Of a stretch of DNA of 64,000 bases, positions 20,349 to 30,407 are shown in pieces. Below the pieces are notes generated by a model, which was not told the origin of the DNA, ran no database searches, and saw nothing but the letters and a program-made list of their open reading frames with translations. This DNA comes from an uncultured Candidatus Saccharibacteria bacterium (GTDB lineage Bacteria > Patescibacteriota > Minisyncoccia > UBA6257 > GWB1-50-10), in the NCBI GenBank assembly GCA_964449245.1, contig CAYUXY010000003.1, forward strand, positions 13,222-77,221, read 5' to 3'. Made by a program: the position numbers and the translations under genes. Each line of letters starts with the position of its first letter. Position 1 is the first letter of the stretch.

Positions 20349-21470
20349 TTACATTTTACATTGCCCTATCGTTCCTCCCCCTATCATCTGCCTACATCCA
20401 TCCCTATCTTCAATAATATCATAAAACACTGCCGATTGGCCTATTGCTATAAATTTCTGCGGTTTTTGAAAAATCAGTCTCCAGCTCTTTTTTTCTCTGA
20501 AAATCTTCGCTTCTACGAGCTTTCCTCTATATCTCGTTCTGCAAAAAATATCCAAACCATTTTCAAAAATATCGTTTTTCATATCGCAGTTTATATTTAC
20601 TTCAGCGAGCGATATTTCTTTTGTATATACCTCCTCGTCGTTCTCGTGGGCTACCGTAATCGTATTGTCTTTTATATTTTTACTTATTACAAAATATGGC
20701 GACATTTCTTTTCCGTTAATTTCACTCTTTATCTGCGCGCCTATATGACGTTGACCTATCGTATAAAAGACTGCGCCGGAATGTTTTCCGATAATTTTTC
20801 CTTTTGTATCCAAAATATCACCTGTTTCGGATTTTATTTGCTCCTTTAAAAAATCCGGAAGGCTTATTTTGCCCAAAAAACATATTCCTTGCGAATCTTT
20901 CTTTTCCGCTACTGGGATTTTCGCTTTGCGAGCTATTTCTCGAACTTCGGATTTTAAATACCCGCCGACCGGAAACAAACTACGGCATAGTTCTTTTTGC
21001 GTAAGCGTCCATAAAAAATAAGACTGGTCTTTATTCTTGTCCCGCGACTCGTATATTCCGTTCTCCCCATTTTTTTCTTTTTTTATAACAGCGTAGTGTC
21101 CTGTTGCGACAAAATCAGCCCCTAACGCGATCGCTTTTTCAAGAAAAAATCCGAATTTTATTTTTTTGTTACACATCACATCCGGATTCGGCGTAATACC
21201 ACTTTTATATCCATTTATCATATATTCGACAACGTTGTCATAATATTCTTCTCTCGCGTCCAACACATAAAAAGGTATTTCTATATGTTCGGCGGTCTTT
21301 CTCGCATCTTCGGCGTCTTTCGCGGAACATCCGTCAAGATTATATCCATTTATAAAAACGCCGGTAACGTCGTACCCTTGTTGCTTTAAAAGAAATGCGG
21401 AAACGGACGAATCCACTCCTCCGGACATACCTACAAAGACCTTTTTATTTTTATTTATCTTCTTATCCAT
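20349..21470 (-). CDS. mnmA: tRNA 2-thiouridylase MnmA
   Basis: GMSGGVDSS, TPNPDVMCN, ATGHY, KDQSYFL and DSQGICF motifs. Confidence 0.97.
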   Translation of the reverse strand: MDKKINKNKKVFVGMSGGVDSSVSAFLLKQQGYDVTGVFINGYNLDGCSAKDAEDARKTAEHIEIPFYVLDAREEYYDNVVEYMINGYKSGITPNPDVMCNKKIKFGFFLEKAIALGADFVATGHYAVIKKEKNGENGIYESRDKNKDQSYFLWTLTQKELCRSLFPVGGYLKSEVREIARKAKIPVAEKKDSQGICFLGKISLPDFLKEQIKSETGDILDTKGKIIGKHSGAVFYTIGQRHIGAQIKSEINGKEMSPYFVISKNIKDNTITVAHENDEEVYTKEISLAEVNINCDMKNDIFENGLDIFCRTRYRGKLVEAKIFREKKSWRLIFQKPQKFIAIGQSAVFYDIIEDRDGCRQMIGGGTIGQCKM

Positions 21471-21561
21471 ACTATTTCAAATTTATTACATATTAATAGC
21501 CAAAAAGTCTTGATTAATCCAAGAATAATCGATATAATGTGCCATATATCAATACTATATT

Positions 21562-22146
21562 ATGTCACAAATAGAATACAATGAATTAAAAGTTGGAACC
21601 GTTTTTACAAAAAACGAAGATCCTGATCCGTATAGAGTTCTTGAATATGCGTTTGTGAGGATGCAACAGAGGAAACCTATCACTCAGCTGAAGATTAAAA
21701 ATCTTCTGACTGGAAAAACACAGGAATATACAGCGCATCAAAACGAAACGTTCCGTGAAGCTGAGATAGAAATAGCTCTTGTAAATTTTATTTATAAAAA
21801 CAAAGGCGAGTATTGGTTTCACGAAGTCGGTAATCCAAAAAACAGATTTTCACTCGATGAAGAGGCGGTTGGAAATGCCGGTCAATTTTTAAAGGCTAAC
21901 ACTGAAGTAAAAGCCTTTAAATTCAATGATAAGATTATAAATATAGAACTCCCTATAAAAATGGAATTTGCGGTGACGGAAGCTCCGCCGGCCGTTAAGG
22001 GAAATACCGCGCAAGGCGGGACAAAACAGGTGACAATTGAAACCGGCGCAAAAGTAAACGTCCCTCTTTTTATAAATCAGGACGACGTGATCAGAATAAA
22101 TACGGAGACCGGCCAATATGTAGAGCGCGCCGGAAAATCGTTATAA
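21562..22146 (+). CDS. efp: Elongation factor P
   Basis: PAVKGNTAQGGTKQVTIETGAKVNVPLFI..DD.IRINTETGQYVER C-terminal domain. Confidence 0.93.
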   Translation: MSQIEYNELKVGTVFTKNEDPDPYRVLEYAFVRMQQRKPITQLKIKNLLTGKTQEYTAHQNETFREAEIEIALVNFIYKNKGEYWFHEVGNPKNRFSLDEEAVGNAGQFLKANTEVKAFKFNDKIINIELPIKMEFAVTEAPPAVKGNTAQGGTKQVTIETGAKVNVPLFINQDDVIRINTETGQYVERAGKSL

Positions 22147-22149
22147 AAA

Positions 22150-23952
22150 TTAAATTTTTGAATCTAAGTTTTTCAAGGCCTCCTCAATTTCGGACTGCAG
22201 ATCTTCAACTTTTTTACCATCTTCCTTTATGCGTGGATTTTTTTCTTTCATCTCCTGCTCCTGAAGATCGGATAATTTAATTACCGGACCCTCTTCTTTT
22301 TTTAACGCCTCTTCCGGTTCAATGGGCTCATTCTTTTTTGCGCCCTGCGGATTCGCGCGTTCAATGCGTTTTTTCTCCGGCTTTTTAGGCTCTTGTGTTT
22401 TTTGGCTATTACCTCGCTCATCTGCTTCAGAAAATTCTATGCCAAGCATAGCAAGATCTTTATGTGTTTCTTTTGGTTTGGGTTTGAAATTCGGAAGTCG
22501 TACGGGACGAATTTCGCCAGCTTTTAATTTCTTCAGACAATCCTGACAATATACGGACCTTCCCTCTTCAGGCTCAAACGGAACAGTCGTCTCATTTCCG
22601 CACGCCGAGCAAGTAACAGTCCGCGATCCTCCGCTTCCTGACATTTCTGCCATACCGCTCCATTTATTAATCTCGTCTTCCACTTGCCACCTTGGACGCG
22701 CGTATTTCTTTCTCGATATTTCAACTATTCTCTCAGAACTTCCCGCGTCCTTAGGGCCATGAAACGGCGGGAGTGTCGAGGCGGAAAATGGCCTCGATGA
22801 AATCCCATCCACCATAAGCTTTATATAAATACTTCTGTTGGGAATGTTGACCATATCTTGTATTACAAAATCCGGACCAAATTCTTTTTCAAGAAATTCC
22901 GCGTCCGACGCTCCAACGCGAAACGCAATCATAGTTCCAACGTTGCCAAAAACGGCATCGCGCACTTTTGTTGATGTATCCGATACGAGCTGGCCTATAT
23001 ACTGATGCGCAAGAATAAGATTCAATCGATATTTTCGCGCTTCAGAAAGAATGTTCGCAAAAGCATCCGTAGCAAAATTTTGAAACTCGTCTATATAAAG
23101 AAAAAAGTCGACGCGCTCATCTTCCCTAATACGCACTCTTTCCATAGCGGCGAGTTGCATCTTTGTTATAAGCATTGAGCCGAGAAGCGCGGAATTGTCC
23201 TCTCCTACCCTTCCTTTTGACAGGTTGACAAGAAATATTTTTGCCGTGTTCATTATCTCAAACACGTCAATAGTACTCTTTGATTGACCTATAATGTTTC
23301 GAATAACTGTCGTCGAAAGAAACTGCCCTACTTTGTTTTGTATAGGCGCTATCGCCTCATTTCTAAATTGATCTCTCCACTCTTCGAATTCGTGCACCCA
23401 AAAAGATTTTATAACGGGGTCTTTTACATTTGCTATAATTTTTTCTCTGTATTCCTTATCAACTAAAAGTCTCGTAACACCGAGCAAAGACGTACCCGGA
23501 GTGTCGAGTAACGCGAGTACGGTGTTATTCATTATGTATTCCATTCTCGCCGACCACACATTAGCCCATATCTTTGTGAAAATTCCCATAAGTCCGGAGG
23601 CTACAAGGTGTTTGTATTTCGGATCCGGAAGTTCAAGAACGTTGAAACCTATGTGATATTCGGTATCGGCTGGGTTAAAATATATAACATCTTCTTCTCT
23701 CTCGACTGGAATTTTTTGGAGTAAAGTTTCGACAAATTCTCCGTGCGGGTCAATTACGCAAACACCCTCCCCATTTAAAATATCCTGCACCATCATATTA
23801 TGGAGCAGGGTTGTTTTTCCTGTGCCGGTTTTTCCGACAACATACATATGTTGTCTGCGATCGGTTCGCTTTATGCCGAAAAGCCGATTTGAGTTTCTAA
23901 AATCGGTTTTAGCGAAATATACTACATCTTTCTCCGGCTCTATACTTATCAT
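22150..23952 (-). CDS. Type IV coupling protein/DUF87-like ATPase with C-terminal CxxC-x17-CxxC domain
   Basis: Walker A GKTGTGKT, IDPHGE, YIDEFQNF, LSEARKYRL; CSAC...CQDC; start MISIEP preferred because the track start crosses a terminator. Confidence 0.85.
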   Translation of the reverse strand: MISIEPEKDVVYFAKTDFRNSNRLFGIKRTDRRQHMYVVGKTGTGKTTLLHNMMVQDILNGEGVCVIDPHGEFVETLLQKIPVEREEDVIYFNPADTEYHIGFNVLELPDPKYKHLVASGLMGIFTKIWANVWSARMEYIMNNTVLALLDTPGTSLLGVTRLLVDKEYREKIIANVKDPVIKSFWVHEFEEWRDQFRNEAIAPIQNKVGQFLSTTVIRNIIGQSKSTIDVFEIMNTAKIFLVNLSKGRVGEDNSALLGSMLITKMQLAAMERVRIREDERVDFFLYIDEFQNFATDAFANILSEARKYRLNLILAHQYIGQLVSDTSTKVRDAVFGNVGTMIAFRVGASDAEFLEKEFGPDFVIQDMVNIPNRSIYIKLMVDGISSRPFSASTLPPFHGPKDAGSSERIVEISRKKYARPRWQVEDEINKWSGMAEMSGSGGSRTVTCSACGNETTVPFEPEEGRSVYCQDCLKKLKAGEIRPVRLPNFKPKPKETHKDLAMLGIEFSEADERGNSQKTQEPKKPEKKRIERANPQGAKKNEPIEPEEALKKEEGPVIKLSDLQEQEMKEKNPRIKEDGKKVEDLQSEIEEALKNLDSKI

Positions 23953-24005
23953 ATTCTTTGCAAATCGCGATACATTGATTATATCCTTTTTGTCCACAAA
24001 AAACA

Positions 24006-24031
24006 GCACGCGCCGCTTTCGCGGCGAGTAC
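24006..24031 (-). terminator. Intrinsic terminator after the micro-ORF
   Basis: GTACTCGCCGC-GAAA-GCGGCGCGTGC followed by TGTTTTTT on the minus strand. Confidence 0.7.
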
Positions 24032-24035
24032 AAAC

Positions 24036-24119
24036 TTATGCCCAATCGTCATTGATTTTCCCAAGCACAAATGCGAGGGGCATCAATACGATGGAACTCA
24101 AGAATTTCAGTAGGCCCAT
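24036..24119 (-). CDS. Putative 27-aa hydrophobic micropeptide
   Basis: MGLLKFLSSIVLMPLAFVLGKINDDWA*; upstream TGA-TACAAT extended -10 and its own terminator. Confidence 0.5.
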   Translation of the reverse strand: MGLLKFLSSIVLMPLAFVLGKINDDWA

Positions 24120-24214
24120 TTTTATTTTTTCTGAGCGACCGGTTTTAATTGTATCATATAGCTTTTATTTTTCACTGTGGAAATCTTTCCGCGCATAATT
24201 TACAATAAGCCCAT

Positions 24215-24484
24215 ATGGCGCTAAAGACCCTGCCGGAAGGATATTTGGAATCTTTGAAAGAAAAGGGCAAAGATAAACGAATATCCCAAGAATTTCAGTT
24301 TATAGGCCTTGAAGTGGCTGAGATGCTCGAGGACAGACCGCATAAAGCCCTGTATATCAAACTTGCAAAACAATACGGCAGTCAAAAAATTCTGTCCATA
24401 GCAAAAGATGTCGTAGACAGACGAGACATAAAAAATAGAGGGGCATATTTTATGAAAATGCTTCATATGAAAAACGATGAATAA
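24215..24484 (+). CDS. Small hypothetical protein
   Basis: 89 aa; TACAAT 8 nt upstream; overlaps the def start. Confidence 0.7.
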   Translation: MALKTLPEGYLESLKEKGKDKRISQEFQFIGLEVAEMLEDRPHKALYIKLAKQYGSQKILSIAKDVVDRRDIKNRGAYFMKMLHMKNDE

Positions 24485-24998
24485 GCTTGTAACAATAAAA
24501 AATAAAGAAGGTTCTCTGTTTATGCGCAAAAAAACGAAGCCCTTCGATATAACCCAATTGAAAGATGCGAAAAAATCTCCGGAGATACGCGCTCTCATAA
24601 AAGAAATGCGAGTGATAATGAATAAAGAAAACGGCGTAGGCTTAAGCGCAAATCAAATCGGCATACAGGAAAGGTTTTTTGTCGCACAGGTTCCTGACTT
24701 GCATGGCAGAATGAAATTCTACGCCATTTTTAATCCGGAAATAATAAAAAAGTCCAAAGATATGGAAACCATAGAGGAGGGCTGTCTTAGTGTTCCTAAT
24801 TCATATGGATTTACTCCAAGACATTATGAAGTAACTCTCGTAGGATATGACCAGCGAGGTAAGAAAATAAAAATAAAAGCTTGGGGCCTGTTGGCGCGCG
24901 TATTTCAACACGAAGTAGATCATCTTGACGGCAAATTATTTATAGACCGCGCTCATTCCGTTTTCTCTTCAGATTCAAACGAAAAAAATGAAAAGTAA
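24477..24998 (+). CDS. def: Peptide deformylase
   Basis: GVGLSANQIG, EGCLS and QHEVDHLDG motifs. Confidence 0.97.
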   Translation: MNKLVTIKNKEGSLFMRKKTKPFDITQLKDAKKSPEIRALIKEMRVIMNKENGVGLSANQIGIQERFFVAQVPDLHGRMKFYAIFNPEIIKKSKDMETIEEGCLSVPNSYGFTPRHYEVTLVGYDQRGKKIKIKAWGLLARVFQHEVDHLDGKLFIDRAHSVFSSDSNEKNEK

Positions 24999-25854
24999 TA
25001 AAAATCCCCGAATCGCTTTTTTTGGCACACCTAAATTTGCGTCAATCGCGCTTGAAACTCTTATTCAAAGTGGCGTTTGTCCTAATCTTGTAGTGTGTAA
25101 TCCGGACAAACCTACCGGAAGAAAAAAAATAATTACGCCGCCTCCGGCAAAAATTGTCGCCGAAAAATATTCAATTCCGGTGTTTCAACCAGAGAGACTG
25201 GACAGTTCTCAAAAAGAGTTAAATGATGATTTTGATTTTTTTGTCGTCGCTGCGTATGGAAAAATCATTCCAAAAGCAGTGCTCGACATTCCAAAATGCG
25301 GAACGATAGGAATACATCCATCTTTGCTTCCTTTATATCGCGGAGCGACGCCTTTTCAGTCGGCTATTCTTGACGGAGCTACAAAAACCGGCGTTTCGAT
25401 ATTTTTAGTAGATGCCGAAGTCGATCACGGCCCTGTTTTCGCTTCAATGGATATGCCTATTCTTGAATCAGATACATATACTTCAATGGAACAAAAGCTT
25501 GCCATTAGCGGAGCAAAACTCTTTGTAGATATTATGTCCGATATACTGAACGGCAATCTTATTCCGAAAGAGCAAAATCATTCGGAAAAAACACTTACAA
25601 GAAAATTCAAAACGGATGACGGCTTTGTCAGTGAGGAAAGTCTTATCCGCGCAGAAAATACAGGCGGAGATGATGCTTTAAAAATATATAGGATGATTAA
25701 AGCATTAAACCCTGAACCGAGTGTTTGGACGACGAAGACAACGTCCGGACAACAGCGCAGGATAAAACTTCTTTCCGCGTTACTGAAAGACGGCAAACTA
25801 ATACTCACTGAAATTCAGGAGGATGGCAAAAAGCCTCAAAGGATTTCCAAATAA
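24988..25854 (+). CDS. fmt: Methionyl-tRNA formyltransferase
   Basis: FFGTPKFA, VAAYGKII and HPSLLPLYRGATP; follows def. Confidence 0.95.
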   Translation: MKSNKNPRIAFFGTPKFASIALETLIQSGVCPNLVVCNPDKPTGRKKIITPPPAKIVAEKYSIPVFQPERLDSSQKELNDDFDFFVVAAYGKIIPKAVLDIPKCGTIGIHPSLLPLYRGATPFQSAILDGATKTGVSIFLVDAEVDHGPVFASMDMPILESDTYTSMEQKLAISGAKLFVDIMSDILNGNLIPKEQNHSEKTLTRKFKTDDGFVSEESLIRAENTGGDDALKIYRMIKALNPEPSVWTTKTTSGQQRRIKLLSALLKDGKLILTEIQEDGKKPQRISK

Positions 25855-26162
25855 TCTCCTTCTTTAGCTTCTGTTCCTGCAGGAAATTCTAAAACCAATT
25901 TATATCTTGGGTTCCAGAAAAAACATCTGCGCGTGGTTAAATTCTTTTTTATCGCAACAATTTGCTTGCCCTTATTAAGCACAACTACATCTATCGCGTA
26001 TTTCATACCGAACGTATGTATCCCCCATCTCGTTTCAAAAAAAACTGCGGTGGGAGTATTGAATGCGAGCATTCCTTTCGATTTTTCGGCAAATGTTTTG
26101 AGAACAATAACTTTTTCAGATAATATTTTGTTTGTCGTCGCGTTCCTTACTTTTATCGTCAT
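25836..26162 (-). CDS. DUF192-family protein
   Basis: IHTFGMKYAIDVV and VLEFPAG motifs. Confidence 0.8.
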   Translation of the reverse strand: MTIKVRNATTNKILSEKVIVLKTFAEKSKGMLAFNTPTAVFFETRWGIHTFGMKYAIDVVVLNKGKQIVAIKKNLTTRRCFFWNPRYKLVLEFPAGTEAKEGDYLEIL

Positions 26163-26380
26163 TTATCTATATCGATTATTTTTTCTCTGCCCGTTGAACC
26201 GTGAACAATCATCACTCTGCTTTTTGAGACATTAAAATATTTTGCTATTAAATCAACCGCCCTCTCGTTTGCCTTACCTTCTTTTGCCGGAACGTTTACT
26301 CTAACAATATATTTTCCGTCGGCAGACTTTTCTACTGATTCGTTTTTGCTCATAGGTTTTACCGATACATTAATTTTCAT
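26159..26380 (-). CDS. DUF167 (YggU-like) protein
   Basis: VKP..K...PAKEGKAN...YFNV.KS.V.I..G.TGREK. Confidence 0.88.
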   Translation of the reverse strand: MKINVSVKPMSKNESVEKSADGKYIVRVNVPAKEGKANERAVDLIAKYFNVSKSRVMIVHGSTGREKIIDIDK

Positions 26381-26389
26381 ATACGAACA

Positions 26390-27244
26390 TCATTTAAAGA
26401 ATTTGTTTAATATATCAATATTCTTTTTATCAGGACCCGATCCGAGAAATCCGGGAACTTCGAGAATCCACGCCTTGTCCAAAATGCGTTTTTCCCCCGC
26501 AAGAGATTTGAATCCGCTTATACCTATATACCCTTTACCTATATTTTCGTGCCTATCGTTATGCGAGTCAGAGACGGTCTTGGAGTCATTAATATGCATA
26601 ACAACGATATTTTGGATTCCTACAGATGAATTCCATTCGTCAAAAAGTTTTTTAACCGATGCGTCTGTATATGATTTTATTTCTCCGGACTCCAAGGCGT
26701 GCGCCGTATCAAAACACACCTTAAATCGAGATGAATTTATATTTTTAAAAATATGCCCGATTGCTTCGTGTCCCGAGCCCATCTTTGCTCCGCCTCCTGC
26801 CGAGTTTTCTATTATCAACAATGATTTGCCTGAAACATTTTTTAGTACGGTTTTTATGCCGGCTATCTCTCTTTTTAAGGCCAATTTTCCATCGATTCCT
26901 TTTGCGGAGCCGGCATGAAAAATGAGCCCGTCCGCCCCCAACGTCTCCGCGATTTTCAAATGCGATGTAAGATTTTTGATTGATTTTTCATACAATTCGT
27001 CATCTCCGCTCGCAAGATTTACAAGATATGCCGCATGCAAATACACCTTTGATATACGGCTCTTCTTCAGTGCTTCCTTAAATTTCGATGCGTCTTCCGG
27101 TGATATAGGTTTTGCCTCCCACGCTCTCGGCGATGCGCCGTATATTTGTATGGCAGACGCGCCTATTCCCTCTCCATTTGCAATCGCATTCCATACACCG
27201 CCTGCTGCGGAAACATGAGCGCCTATAATAGGAATCCTTTGCAT
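26390..27244 (-). CDS. nfo: Endonuclease IV
   Basis: GAHVSAAGG, HAAYLVNLAS, ENSAG, CFDTAH, HINDS and DRHENIG motifs. Confidence 0.93.
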   Translation of the reverse strand: MQRIPIIGAHVSAAGGVWNAIANGEGIGASAIQIYGASPRAWEAKPISPEDASKFKEALKKSRISKVYLHAAYLVNLASGDDELYEKSIKNLTSHLKIAETLGADGLIFHAGSAKGIDGKLALKREIAGIKTVLKNVSGKSLLIIENSAGGGAKMGSGHEAIGHIFKNINSSRFKVCFDTAHALESGEIKSYTDASVKKLFDEWNSSVGIQNIVVMHINDSKTVSDSHNDRHENIGKGYIGISGFKSLAGEKRILDKAWILEVPGFLGSGPDKKNIDILNKFFK

Positions 27245-27245
27245 A

Positions 27246-28229
27246 TTACGGCTGAAGAGCCTCTTCGACATTTCCCTCAACTGATATTACAACCTCTTTA
27301 ACCGAGGAAAATTGTTTGAGAGTAGATTCGATTTGTGAACGAATCATTCCCACTGCGCACGATCCTCCTGTTTTATTCAATATGTCGTTAAAATCCGCAT
27401 AAGCCACGCCATCAGTAATCGAAAGATTTAAAAGTTCCGATCCTTCGGGAATCACGGTTTTAAATCCCTCATTAATTTCCTTTTCGCTCGGACCTTTTAA
27501 TAATTCTCTTAATGCCGAGGACGCCACCGATTCTGTTTTTTCTATTTCACGCGCTACGGGCTCTACTTTTTTACACGAATAGTCCTGATCGGGCGTATTT
27601 CTGTCAGGAAAATATACATTTACTGTCATTAAATTCTCACTGAAAATAACGGGAAAATCGAAAGATAAATCGTTTTCCGGCAGTCCGCTTGGATTGTCTT
27701 TTTTAAATCGAATCCACCCGCTACCTTCTTTCTGATTTTGAAATTCCACCGATCCAGAAAATTCAATTTCCTTTTCCGTCATCCAGTCTTCTTTTGCGGT
27801 TACAAATCCGCTTCCGAGCAGACTCCATTTATTGTCGAATATTTCTACCGGAAAACTCCCTTCGAAAAACCATGTTCCGGAAGCTTTTCCTTCTATTGTT
27901 ACGGGCGAGGATATTTTACCATCCACGCTTATATTGATTATTTTAATCGGCCCGCCACTTATGGCGTTAATTCTTTTTTGCATCGTTTCATACCAATCTT
28001 TTCCTATCCCGTTTGCCTTGCAAAAATCTTCCGTCATACAAGCCACTGAACTGCATTCCGGACACGGAGGGCATATCACGCATCCAGCCGGACACGCATC
28101 AAGAGAAAAGCTTTCGCATCCCGCTTTTTTGTTTTGTTTTATATTTCCATAAACTGCCGACACTATCGCGACGATAATAATCGCGAGTCCTATAAATTCC
28201 CATACTCTTTTATTTTTTTCTTTGTTCAT
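27246..28229 (-). CDS. Gmad2 Ig-like plus GerMN domain protein
   Basis: G.A.GTWFFEGSFPV, DNPSGLPEN, ALRELLKGP and QIESTLKQF motifs. Confidence 0.85.
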   Translation of the reverse strand: MNKEKNKRVWEFIGLAIIIVAIVSAVYGNIKQNKKAGCESFSLDACPAGCVICPPCPECSSVACMTEDFCKANGIGKDWYETMQKRINAISGGPIKIINISVDGKISSPVTIEGKASGTWFFEGSFPVEIFDNKWSLLGSGFVTAKEDWMTEKEIEFSGSVEFQNQKEGSGWIRFKKDNPSGLPENDLSFDFPVIFSENLMTVNVYFPDRNTPDQDYSCKKVEPVAREIEKTESVASSALRELLKGPSEKEINEGFKTVIPEGSELLNLSITDGVAYADFNDILNKTGGSCAVGMIRSQIESTLKQFSSVKEVVISVEGNVEEALQP

Positions 28230-29470
28230 TTTATTTTTTTACTTATAAAGTTATTATCCCTTAGCTCCTTGTGATACGCAATCGCAAATCTGTGCGATTC
28301 GTCGCGCAAACGGATTAATGTGTTTTTATCAGCCCATTTTGGCACTATGCCTACGAATTCATTGTTTTTTCTATCTGCGCCTTTTGCAATTCCCACTACC
28401 GGTATTTTTATTTCTAATTTTTTTAGAGTCATCCGAACCGCATTTACCTGCCCCGTTCCGCCGTCAACGAGTATGAGTTCCGGAAAATGCCATTCTTTGT
28501 GATTAAACCGTCTTGATATTACCTCTCTAATCATTCCGGTGTCGTCCGGACCTTTTATCGTTTTTATCTTGAATTTTCTATAATCAACCGGACTTAGCCG
28601 CCCGTCATCGAAAACCACCATAACCCCAACGGCATCCTTACCTCCTATATTCGATATATCATATCCTTCTATACGCCTATCCGTAACTTTTTTAACCCCA
28701 TCTTCGGAAATCAGCGCGACGTCTTGTATGTGAGAGAGCGCAAATATTTTTTTCTTTATTCTGCCCGCATCTTCAAATTTCTCGTTCCTTGCCGCCAATT
28801 TCATTTCTTTTTCGAGATTTTTAAACAAAACTCCCATCTTGCCCGACAACAAGAGTTCGAGCTGTTTCACTGACTTCATATAAGTTTTTTTATCAACAAT
28901 CCCTGCGCATGTTCCGGGGCAAAGTCCTATTTGAAAATTAAAACACGGCTTAGGACGCTTGCCGTTCTTTACATCGTCATTGGCTTTTTTAATTATGCCG
29001 ACTTCGTGCGTGTTCCACGGAAATATTTTCCTTACTATCTTCATAGCTTCGCGGACGCTTGAAGCCGACGTGAACGGTCCGAAATCCGAACGAAATGAAA
29101 GTTTTCCGGAAGAAATGTCTTTTCCCCTTGCAAGCAACACCCTCGGAAATTCCTCGTCGGTTATCGCGATGTGCAGAAAACTTTTTCCGTCTTTTTCGCG
29201 TATATTAAAAGGCGGTTCGTATTTTTTGATAAGTTGAGCCTCGAGTATGAGAGCCTGAAGCGCAGATGGCGTTACAAAAAAGTCCACCCTTTTTATTTTT
29301 GAAACCATAGAATCTATCCTGCTGTCGTGCGGACGTGTAAAATAGCTTGAAACTCTCCTCAATAAATTAACGGCCTTACCGACATATAAAATGCTGTTTT
29401 TTTCTCCGCGCATTAAATACACGCCGGAAGACTCCGGAATGTTTTCATAAAGATTTTTAGGAGATGTCAT
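28226..29470 (-). CDS. uvrC: UvrC-like excinuclease (GIY-YIG plus RNase H-like domain; short, no HhH tail)
   Basis: GVY...LYVGKA.NL..RV.SYF, RIEGYDISN, LVDGG.GQ and LRDESHRFAI motifs. Confidence 0.85.
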   Translation of the reverse strand: MTSPKNLYENIPESSGVYLMRGEKNSILYVGKAVNLLRRVSSYFTRPHDSRIDSMVSKIKRVDFFVTPSALQALILEAQLIKKYEPPFNIREKDGKSFLHIAITDEEFPRVLLARGKDISSGKLSFRSDFGPFTSASSVREAMKIVRKIFPWNTHEVGIIKKANDDVKNGKRPKPCFNFQIGLCPGTCAGIVDKKTYMKSVKQLELLLSGKMGVLFKNLEKEMKLAARNEKFEDAGRIKKKIFALSHIQDVALISEDGVKKVTDRRIEGYDISNIGGKDAVGVMVVFDDGRLSPVDYRKFKIKTIKGPDDTGMIREVISRRFNHKEWHFPELILVDGGTGQVNAVRMTLKKLEIKIPVVGIAKGADRKNNEFVGIVPKWADKNTLIRLRDESHRFAIAYHKELRDNNFISKKIK

Positions 29471-29488
29471 TTATATTCGAAAGTCTTT

Positions 29489-30352
29489 CTAATCCTGATA
29501 AAGAATGAAATCCATAACCTTATCAAACGTGCTTTTCTTCGGCGGAATATGTCCTGATGTTTTAAATATTTCGTGCATCTTGTTTCTCGCTTCGCTTGCT
29601 CCTTTTTTAATTATTTCCTCCGCATCCGCGAAATGAAAAAGCTTGTACCCTAAAACAGGTGGCGCAATTACAACATCCGCGCCGGCAAGAATTTTTCTCG
29701 ATAGCTGGTGCCCGATAATCGAGAGGGCGTAAGGCATTACCGCATAAATTTTTGTCGGACTGAAAAAATCAGTTTCTTCAAAATTAAGCCACCTTGACGA
29801 TACATCGACAGCTATCACAAAATCCGCTCCCATATCGCGCGCAACGTTCGCAGGAATCGGATTAACGAGCCCTCCGTCCATAAGCAATCTTCCTCCGGTT
29901 TTCACGGGAGGGAAAACGATCGGTATTGCAGAAGATGCGCGTATCGCTTCACTCAAATTTCCTTTTTTTATTATTACCTCATCGCCGTTTTCAACATCTG
30001 TCGCAACAGCCGAAAAAGGAATTTTACAATCGTCTATTTTTATCCCCTCTATCATCTTTTCGAGCTCCTGCATCAAATGATTTTTAAAAATCGCTCCGTC
30101 TTTTTTTCTAATCATTCTGAAAACCGGATAGATGTCCTTATGCCGTAATTTCATAAAAAATTTTTCAATGAGCGCTATGTCTTTCGTCGCCGCATAAAAT
30201 CCGCCGATCAAGGCGCCCATACTTGTACCGGATATAAAACTGATTTCGATTCCGGCGCGCTCAAGCTCTTTAATTACTCCGATATGCGCGAGCCCTTTTG
30301 CCGCTCCGCCTCCGAGAGCAAGACCTATTTTTTTCGGTTTCTTTGCTGACAT
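29489..30352 (-). CDS. Patatin-like phospholipase
   Basis: GGGAAKG, GTSMG and DGG motifs. Confidence 0.93.
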   Translation of the reverse strand: MSAKKPKKIGLALGGGAAKGLAHIGVIKELERAGIEISFISGTSMGALIGGFYAATKDIALIEKFFMKLRHKDIYPVFRMIRKKDGAIFKNHLMQELEKMIEGIKIDDCKIPFSAVATDVENGDEVIIKKGNLSEAIRASSAIPIVFPPVKTGGRLLMDGGLVNPIPANVARDMGADFVIAVDVSSRWLNFEETDFFSPTKIYAVMPYALSIIGHQLSRKILAGADVVIAPPVLGYKLFHFADAEEIIKKGASEARNKMHEIFKTSGHIPPKKSTFDKVMDFILYQD

Positions 30353-30372
30353 ATTGATTCAATAATAAAACA

Positions 30373-30407
30373 AATAAAGCCCGACGCAAAGTGCAGAGGG
30401 CTTTATT
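30373..30407 (-). terminator. Hairpin terminator of the 163-aa membrane gene
   Basis: aataaagccc...gggctttatt. Confidence 0.65.
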
